The notes beneath the pieces are model-generated. The model saw nothing but the letters and a program-made list of their open reading frames with translations, was not told where the DNA came from and searched no databases. A program made the position numbers and the translations under genes. A stretch of 32,000 nt of DNA. Origin: Pyrodictium occultum. GTDB lineage: Archaea > Thermoproteota > Thermoprotei_A > Sulfolobales > Pyrodictiaceae. Positions 26,589-32,000 of this stretch are shown here, in pieces (the first letter of the stretch is position 1; every line of letters starts with the position of its first letter). The stretch is taken from NCBI RefSeq assembly GCF_001462395.1, contig NZ_LNTB01000001.1:1140001-1172000 (forward strand), in the 5' to 3' direction.

Positions 26589-26690
26589 TCTCTTGCCCCC
26601 GGAAGCGCGGCCTCGAGCCTAGTCGGAGAAAGGCTCAGCCTTAGATTATATTCTGCCCAATGCTCTTCCAGTGCTCCTGGAAGAGGCTAC

Positions 26691-26759
26691 GTGATGAACG
26701 ATTCCGGCCTGAGGCTCCCGCGTCTCTGCGGGCCCGGTGAGGAGCCGTGTGAGGGCTGA
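26691..26759 (+). ncRNA. box C/D sRNA candidate 3 (long hairpin-forming D'-C' linker)
   Basis: C box GUGAUGA 26691-26697; 11-nt guide ACGAUUCCGGC; D' CUGA 26709-26712; 24-nt linker containing CCCGC/GCGGG; C' GUGAGGA 26737-26743; 12-nt guide GCCGUGUGAGGG; D CUGA 26756-26759. A TATA-like ATTATATT sits at 26644-26651. Confidence 0.5.
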
Positions 26760-26796
26760 CATTCCACCGTTTATACCCGCCCGGTATGCTTCTTCG

Positions 26797-26869
26797 GGGA
26801 TGAGGACGCCCCTACCCCGGAGCCCCGGGGGTCTAAGTTCCGGGGGATGATAGAGTGGTCCTACACCGA
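26797..26869 (+). ncRNA. weak box C/D-like candidate 4 (degenerate D boxes)
   Basis: GGGAUGA 26797-26803; 14-nt spacer; CGGA 26818-26821; GGGAUGA 26844-26850; 15-nt spacer; CCGA 26866-26869. A TATA-like GTTTATAC at 26769-26776 would place a transcription start near the first box. Confidence 0.3.
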
Positions 26870-26940
26870 CCCTTGGGCTTGCGTAGCCCTCTCTATAACT
26901 CCGGGGCGCCCCTGCTGCAATGCTCTAGGAGGTGCCCGGT

Positions 26941-27804
26941 ATGGTGAAGCTCTTGTTCGCGGATGCTCACGCCCATAGTAGTCCCACTGGCCTGGGAGCA
27001 GCTGAGATAGCCAGGAGATTCCGGGAGAAGGGCGGCTGGTTCATGGCCCTTGTAATGCTCCCTCCCTGGCACTACGGGGTAGACGCCCCTCCAGGAATAG
27101 AGATGTACTTCAAGGCTCTCGAGAGGTTCCTGACCGAATGTAGGAGGGCTCGTGAGGCGGGTCTGCGGGTTGCATGCCTGGCGGGGTTCCATCCGGCCGA
27201 GGTAGACCGGCTGGTATCAGCGGGTATGAAGCCGGAGGAGGTTCTCAGCCTGGGCCTGCGCGTTGTGGACCACATGGCCCAGCTGTGTAGAAGCGGTATG
27301 CTCGATGGGATAGGCGAGGTCGGGAGGCAGCACTACAAGACGATGCCGGAGAGACTGGCTATAGCAGCCACGGTAACTACTAGAGCATTGGAGCACGCCC
27401 GTGACTATGACTGCCTGGTCCACCTGCACCTCGAGAATGCAGGCCCCGTGACCGTGGACACGACGGAGAAGCTTGTCGAGCTGGCGTCGGCTCCTAGGAG
27501 TAGGGTCCTCTTCCACCACGCCTCAACCCGCGTTGCTAAGCGCGCCGGTGAGAAGGGCTTCTGGGCTACAATACCGGGCAAGAAGGAGGCCATGAGAAGG
27601 GCGTTTACCGAGGCCAACACAGACTATATAATGATAGAGTCAGACTATATAGATGACCCGAAGAGGCCCTGCGTATCCTCATGCCCCTGGGAGATCATTG
27701 ATAGGCAGCTGGAGCTGCTGAGAGAGGGAGTTGTGGACGAGGAGAAACTCTACAGGGTAAACGTGGATAACGTGGTGAAATTCTATAGGGCGGAGCCGCC
27801 CTAG
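26941..27804 (+). CDS. TatD-related amidohydrolase-fold hydrolase (second paralogue in the window)
   Basis: FADAHAHS N-terminal metal motif, GEVGRQH, HLHLE and ESDY. ATG 26941 lies 8 nt after TAGGAGGTG. Confidence 0.7.
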   Translation: MVKLLFADAHAHSSPTGLGAAEIARRFREKGGWFMALVMLPPWHYGVDAPPGIEMYFKALERFLTECRRAREAGLRVACLAGFHPAEVDRLVSAGMKPEEVLSLGLRVVDHMAQLCRSGMLDGIGEVGRQHYKTMPERLAIAATVTTRALEHARDYDCLVHLHLENAGPVTVDTTEKLVELASAPRSRVLFHHASTRVAKRAGEKGFWATIPGKKEAMRRAFTEANTDYIMIESDYIDDPKRPCVSSCPWEIIDRQLELLREGVVDEEKLYRVNVDNVVKFYRAEPP

Positions 27805-29114
27805 CTCCCCGCCATAACCACCTTGAGGGCCTCTTCCTTATCCAGCTTAGTGGCTATCATGTAGCTGTCGGAGAGCGCCCTGAGATCAGGGTTATTGCCG
27901 TATATCATCACGGTGTGTAGCCTGGCATTAGCTCTAGCCAGGGCACGCCTAACAGTCTCTATGGCCACGCGGTCTTCGCCATCCGTTATCAGTATTATGT
28001 CGGATACCCTTGATGCAGCACTGCGCGTCATTATATCGTTTACAGCCGTAAGTATAGCTCTGGTTATATCGGTACCACCGTTAGCCCTAATCTTTGCTAT
28101 ATACTCGAGTAGCTTTACCACATCTCTCCCATGGATTCTCTTGGATATGTGGAATGGCGGGTATGGTATGCTATCGAAGAACCTCAGGTAGAATTCCCGC
28201 CGCTCCCTCACAGCCCTCTGGGCAAGCGCCAGAGCCACGGCCTTAGCCCAGATAATCTTCATGCCCATCATGCTGCCGCTCTTATCAAGCAGTACATAGA
28301 ACTTTCCATAGTCCTCGTTTACGACCTTCTTGTAGAGTAGCAGGTTGCGCTCAGCAAGCTTAACCAGGAATAGTTCCTGGGGCAGAGCAAGCTCGCTGGC
28401 AACAACCCTTTCTATGTTGTCGCCCAGCTCGTAGCCGTCAAGCTCGCCACGCGGGCTCGGCAGCTTCTTTGACTTTATGTAGGACTTCGTACTTTCAATA
28501 GTCTTTAGGGCCTCGAGGAGCATGTTTATATCGGTATTGCGGGCTAGGTTTATAACATCTTTTATAACCTCGTCGAGGCTCAGCATGGACGCGTTCCCGG
28601 CGGCGAACTTCATTGCCAGATTGGTTATCTCCTTAGCCTGCCTCGCAGCCTCCTGTGCAGAGTCCAGCGCCTTCTCAACCGCCTTCTCAAGCTTGCTAGT
28701 CTCCTGCGTGGCCTCCTCCGCTCCCCGGCTTTCCTCTGATGATGCGTCACCGCCCTGAGGCCTCGGCATCCTATTGAGCCTCTGGGCTAGCGATTCGAGG
28801 AACACTGCGGAGGCTACCATGCTAGTGGTTGTGTCCGCTATGGTGTGCTTCTTTACCTCAGATATCTTCGGGGAGGAGAGCATCTTGGACACTATAGCGT
28901 AATGTAGCAGTTCCCTCTCATCGGCGTTGCTGGGCCTCTCTAGCAGGGGGTAGGGCAGGAAGAGAGAGTAGTATACTGTTATCGCCAGGTCCACATTGAG
29001 GTAGTCTGGAGTCTTAATGGGCTCGGGTAGGAGCTTATGCAGTAGAGATATTATGCGCTCCCCCCGATACCTCACGGGGGGGTCATCATACTTAACGCCC
29101 CTGAGTATGCTCAT
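27801..29114 (-). CDS. VWA-domain protein with MIDAS motif (ViaA/CoxE-like partner of the MoxR ATPase)
   Basis: C-terminal VWA domain: VLLDKSGSMMG (DxSxS), GGTD, ILITDGED. The N-terminal roughly 260 aa are helical. The ATG lies 3 nt after the ATPase stop codon. Confidence 0.8.
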   Translation of the reverse strand: MSILRGVKYDDPPVRYRGERIISLLHKLLPEPIKTPDYLNVDLAITVYYSLFLPYPLLERPSNADERELLHYAIVSKMLSSPKISEVKKHTIADTTTSMVASAVFLESLAQRLNRMPRPQGGDASSEESRGAEEATQETSKLEKAVEKALDSAQEAARQAKEITNLAMKFAAGNASMLSLDEVIKDVINLARNTDINMLLEALKTIESTKSYIKSKKLPSPRGELDGYELGDNIERVVASELALPQELFLVKLAERNLLLYKKVVNEDYGKFYVLLDKSGSMMGMKIIWAKAVALALAQRAVRERREFYLRFFDSIPYPPFHISKRIHGRDVVKLLEYIAKIRANGGTDITRAILTAVNDIMTRSAASRVSDIILITDGEDRVAIETVRRALARANARLHTVMIYGNNPDLRALSDSYMIATKLDKEEALKVVMAGS

Positions 29115-29117
29115 GGC

Positions 29118-30314
29118 CTACATCCCCAGCTTATATGAGATTTTCTCAAGGAGTTCATCTATCTCGTGAAGGGTCTCGTTTGCGAGCGCTCTGACACGCT
29201 CGTCATCGGTCTCCTTGAGTATGTTAAGTATTCTGCTCTTGGCTATCTTGAGGCTGCGGAAGAGATCGACAAGACGCGGGTCATAGCTTCTCATGGAGTC
29301 TACTAGCCTGCCTGCCTCCTTCACGTTGGCCTTGATGTCGTTGAGCTCCTTTATGAAGCGCTCGGGCATGCGTAGCTCCTCGGAGAGCACGATATTGACC
29401 TTGTCAAAGTCCTCTATGTCCTTTGGAGCTATGTACTTCAGTACTATGAGGTCACGCTCCTCTGCCTTCATCCTGCCCTCGAGCAGGGCATTAGCGGCGA
29501 TTATCTTAAGTGACTTTGCCTTACGTCTATCAGTGAGGTGGAGCCCTCTCTCCTCCAGCACTGCGAATAGGCGTAGCAGCTTTGGCTTGATGCCTGATAT
29601 GTCGACATTAAACACGAGCTTATGTACTTCAGTGAGAGTGGTCATGTCTAGTACCGGCTTCGCGGGAGGCATTTTACCGGACTCTATTCTCCACCCGGCC
29701 TCTAGCAGCTCGCCCCACCTGTTCTCCGGGAGCGGCCTGGCGTACTGTCTTAATAGGAACCTGTCATATATAGCCTCGAGCTCGGGCTCCTCCGGTACAC
29801 GGTTAGTGGCGCCTATCAGAGTCCAGAGGGGGACCTTGATCTCGGTGTAGCCGTCGTACCATATACGCTCCTGCATTATGCTTAGTAGCGCATTAAGCAC
29901 TGCCGAGTTGGCGTTGAAGACCTCGTCTAGGAATACAATCTCGGCCTCCGGCATCTTACCCTTAGTTATCCTGACATACCTGCCTTCCTTGAGGGCGTTA
30001 AGATCTAGGGGGCCGAAGAGCTCGCTCGGCTCCGTATACTTGGTTAGCAGGTACTTGAAGAACTTGGCGTTTATTAGCTCGGCGCTGCGCCTGGCCATGG
30101 CTGACTTTGCTGTGCCAGGCTCCCCGATAAGTACTGTGTGCTCTCTGGCTATAATGGCTAGTGTGATAACTCTAGCCTCCTCCTCCCTCCCCACGAAGGG
30201 CTCCGCTAGCGACGTATAGAACTGGTGTACACGGTTAAGCAGAGTTGATACCCGTGACGAGTCCGTATTGCCGGTCAAACTAGCACTGCCCGAGAGTAGA
30301 CACCTCTTTCTCAT
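29118..30314 (-). CDS. MoxR/RavA-like AAA+ ATPase
   Basis: Walker A GEPGTAKS, Walker B IVFLDEV, NALLSIMQER, and a C-terminal helical domain. Confidence 0.85.
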   Translation of the reverse strand: MRKRCLLSGSASLTGNTDSSRVSTLLNRVHQFYTSLAEPFVGREEEARVITLAIIAREHTVLIGEPGTAKSAMARRSAELINAKFFKYLLTKYTEPSELFGPLDLNALKEGRYVRITKGKMPEAEIVFLDEVFNANSAVLNALLSIMQERIWYDGYTEIKVPLWTLIGATNRVPEEPELEAIYDRFLLRQYARPLPENRWGELLEAGWRIESGKMPPAKPVLDMTTLTEVHKLVFNVDISGIKPKLLRLFAVLEERGLHLTDRRKAKSLKIIAANALLEGRMKAEERDLIVLKYIAPKDIEDFDKVNIVLSEELRMPERFIKELNDIKANVKEAGRLVDSMRSYDPRLVDLFRSLKIAKSRILNILKETDDERVRALANETLHEIDELLEKISYKLGM

Positions 30315-30366
30315 TCATAGGGAAAATATTTACCGCTCCCCCATAGCGTGGGGCCCCCCTCCCCCA

Positions 30367-30441
30367 GGGCGGCTGGCTGGGATGAGCCCGGTTTTCAGCT
30401 GACATGGTGACGAGGAGTTGCTCTGCCGATGCCAGCCGCCC
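30367..30441 (+). ncRNA. box C/D sRNA candidate 5 with an 11-bp terminal stem
   Basis: GGGCGGCUGGC 30367-30377 pairs perfectly with GCCAGCCGCCC 30431-30441. C box GGGAUGA 30379-30385; 13-nt guide GCCCGGUUUUCAG; D' CUGA 30399-30402; linker CAUG; C' GUGACGA 30407-30413; 12-nt guide GGAGUUGCUCUG; D CCGA 30426-30429. Confidence 0.55.
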
Positions 30442-30487
30442 TCTAAGACACGTAGCCAGCCGGCCAGGGTGCATGATTTTATTGAAG

Positions 30488-30556
30488 AGGGTCAGTAACC
30501 GGTGCACTCTTCACCGCCGGAGGGGCTCGCGAGACGGGGTTTATCATCACTCCCCG
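30488..30556 (-). ncRNA. box C/D sRNA candidate 6
   Basis: Read on the minus strand: C box GUGAUGA (30550-30544); 12-13-nt guide UAAACCCCGUCU; degenerate D' GCGA (30530-30527); 12-nt linker; C' GUGAAGA (30514-30508); 12-nt guide GUGCACCGGUUA; D CUGA (30495-30492). There is a short GGGG/CCCU flank pairing and a TATA-like CCTAATAAGG about 38 nt upstream. Confidence 0.55.
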
Positions 30557-30708
30557 GCCGGCCAGTGGCCCGGGCTTCCTCCTTATTAGGCTGGGTTATG
30601 CTGTGGCTCACATACGGGATGAAGAAGATTGCACGTCTACAAGCCCCGCAGCCTAGGGGCGATGAGTGGCCTCCACCGGTTCTGACCGTCAATGTCGCAG
30701 CCTCCAGG

Positions 30709-30719
30709 TTAAATATAGG
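30709..30719 (+). promoter_or_regulatory. TATA box (TTAAATATAGG)
   Basis: A strong AT-rich box about 25-30 nt upstream of GTG 30743 and ATG 30752. Confidence 0.55.
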
Positions 30720-30742
30720 AGCTCTCCCCTCAGTATAATGGG

Positions 30743-31108
30743 GTGGAGTACATGACCCAGTCTGGAGACATTGTTGAGCAGTTGGCCGAGTGCATGTACT
30801 ACAGGGTGGAGGGACCCTATATAGTAGTTGTTAACGGCTGCAAGGAGGGCTTGGACCTCAAAGCTGTTGAGGTAAAGTATAGTGTAAGGGTGTTGAAAAG
30901 CGAGCATCTTTCCGGCGAGGTTGAGGCGAAAACCATCCGGAGGGAAATAACAGAGCGCATAACGCTTGGCAGGAGAGTTGCCCCTGGGTCGAGCGTTGAG
31001 ATATACTTTGGCCCCGTAGAGGATCTAGATGAGGTCTACGCGATAATTGCTGTAGGCGACAGGGAGTATCGCATAGGCCTCCGTCGCCACTCCGAGAAGC
31101 AAGATTGA
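30743..31108 (+). CDS. hypothetical 118-121-aa protein
   Basis: The ORF sits correctly behind a strong TATA box and has a protein-like sequence. No family recognised. Confidence 0.5.
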   Translation: MEYMTQSGDIVEQLAECMYYRVEGPYIVVVNGCKEGLDLKAVEVKYSVRVLKSEHLSGEVEAKTIRREITERITLGRRVAPGSSVEIYFGPVEDLDEVYAIIAVGDREYRIGLRRHSEKQD

Positions 31109-31292
31109 CCATTCCCGTCCTTGCATTGTAACTAGATGCCTTGCGACTGATTGTCCTGGGGCTCCCCAGTTAACCGCAACAGAATGATTAGTCATTATAA
31201 ACGATTATGGCTCTGAGTTTTTGCTACTGTTATCCCTTGTTTGAATGCTTATATTGTGGATCTCCCGCTAGAGGAGGCCCCGGGATGGGGTC

Positions 31293-32000
31293 TTGGCCGG
31301 GCAGAGGCCTCTCGTTGTATGGATCGAGGAGCTACGTGCTAACGATGTTGAGCTTGCTGGTGGCAAGGGTGCAAACCTCGGCGAGCTCGTCTCGGCCGGT
31401 GTCCCTGTCCCGCCCGGCTTTGTTGTCACGACTGAAGCATACAAGAAATTCATCGAGAGCACCGGGCTCCGGGATAAGATTAAGAGCATTCTCGAGAACC
31501 TTGATGTGAACGATACCAGAGCCCTTGAGGAGGCTAGCAGGAAGATAAGAGAGATGATAATGGCTGCTGAGATGCCAAGAGAGATAGCAGAGGTTGTGAA
31601 GAGCTATTACATCGAGCTGGGCAAGCGCGTCGGTATCGAGGAGCCTCTCGTCGCTGTTAGGAGCAGCGCTTCCGCAGAGGATCTTCCGGAGGCCAGCTTC
31701 GCAGGGCAGCAGGACACCTATCTAAACGTTAAGGGTGCCAACCAGGTTGTTGAGAAGGTTAAGGCCTGCTGGGCTAGCCTCTTCACTGCCCGCGCCATAT
31801 TCTACAGGGCACAGCATGGGATAGACCATTTCAAGACTGCTATGGCCGTTGTAGTCCAGAAGATGGTTAACGCCCGCTCCGCGGGTGTCATGTTCACGCT
31901 TCACCCGGTCACGGGAGATACTAGCGTTATCGTCATAGAGTCAAGCTGGGGTCTGGGCGAGGCTGTCGTGGCGGGTAAGGTGACGCCGGACGAGTTCGTT
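31293..32000 (+). CDS. ppsA: phosphoenolpyruvate synthase (pyruvate, water dikinase), N-terminal part; runs off the right edge
   Basis: Absent from the ORF track because no stop codon lies in the window. Hand translation gives (TTG)AGQRPLVVWIEELRANDVELAGGKGANLGELVSAGVPVPPGFVVTTEAYKKF...VAVRSSASAEDLPEASFAGQQDTYLNV...SAGVMFTLHPVTGD. The frame opens after TAG 31269-31271, and the TTG at 31293 is the only canonical start. Confidence 0.85.
   Translation, partial: MAGQRPLVVWIEELRANDVELAGGKGANLGELVSAGVPVPPGFVVTTEAYKKFIESTGLRDKIKSILENLDVNDTRALEEASRKIREMIMAAEMPREIAEVVKSYYIELGKRVGIEEPLVAVRSSASAEDLPEASFAGQQDTYLNVKGANQVVEKVKACWASLFTARAIFYRAQHGIDHFKTAMAVVVQKMVNARSAGVMFTLHPVTGDTSVIVIESSWGLGEAVVAGKVTPDEFV

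Noticed and set aside
30619-30685. AUGAAGA...GCGAUGA-16 nt-CUGA on the plus strand as a third sRNA in the MoxR-upstream spacer.
   Set aside because: There is no D'-like xxGA element after the first box, and the second spacer is 16 nt long.
31165-31215. AUGAUUA...CUCUGA followed by a U-run upstream of ppsA, considered as a half C/D unit.
   Set aside because: The box lacks the second GA, the spacing is 22 nt, and there are no internal boxes. The AT-rich stretch is more simply the ppsA promoter region (TATA-like GCTTATATTG).
1-32000. Looked for CRISPR arrays, rRNA, canonical tRNAs (T-loop GTTCRAATC on either strand), and IS, transposase or integrase genes.
   Set aside because: I found no regularly spaced direct repeats, no T-loop/acceptor combinations, and no protein resembling a recombinase or transposase.

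Overview
This is a gene-dense 32-kb chromosomal segment. I found no rRNA, canonical tRNA, CRISPR array, transposase or integrase. By inference it comes from a hyperthermophilic crenarchaeon (Thermoprotei/Desulfurococcales-like). The signs are AGG/AGA Arg and ATA Ile codon habits, many GTG/TTG starts, TATA-like boxes about 25-45 nt upstream of starts, 4-nt start/stop overlaps and box C/D sRNA-like elements in the spacers.

Recognisable housekeeping genes:
- NMD3-like protein
- leucyl-tRNA synthetase
- seryl-tRNA synthetase
- serine hydroxymethyltransferase
- PEP synthase (5' part, at the right edge)
- SIS-domain 6-phospho-3-hexuloisomerase-like protein
- Hsp20
- ZPR1-type zinc finger protein
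- geranylgeranyl reductase
- CinA-like protein
- DUF59/MIP18 protein
- two TatD-family hydrolases
- a metallophosphoesterase
- a PfkB kinase

Observations worth a second look:
1. A co-directional block (10152-15352, minus strand) encodes three unrelated radical-SAM enzymes: a Tes/GDGT-MAS-like enzyme, a COG1031-type enzyme with TRAM and HhH regions, and a PflX-type enzyme. An overlapping 94-aa ORF leads the block. A fourth radical-SAM gene (SplB-like) lies at 2471-3481.
2. A tightly coupled MoxR-type AAA+ ATPase and VWA(MIDAS) protein pair sits at 27801-30314.
3. Five to six box C/D sRNA candidates lie in intergenic spacers: 8215, 9163, 26691, 26797, 30367 (plus strand) and 30550 (minus strand). 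One has an 11-bp terminal stem.
4. Two GC-rich spacers carry structure that no ORF explains. Upstream of serS there are three mutually exclusive 8-10-bp helices. At 20525-20782 a roughly 19-bp interrupted long-range inverted repeat encloses about 215 nt.
5. An AT-rich segment (about 24990-26650) carries RHH and wHTH regulators and a DUF95 membrane protein.

All functional calls come from motif and family recognition by eye. No database search was run.
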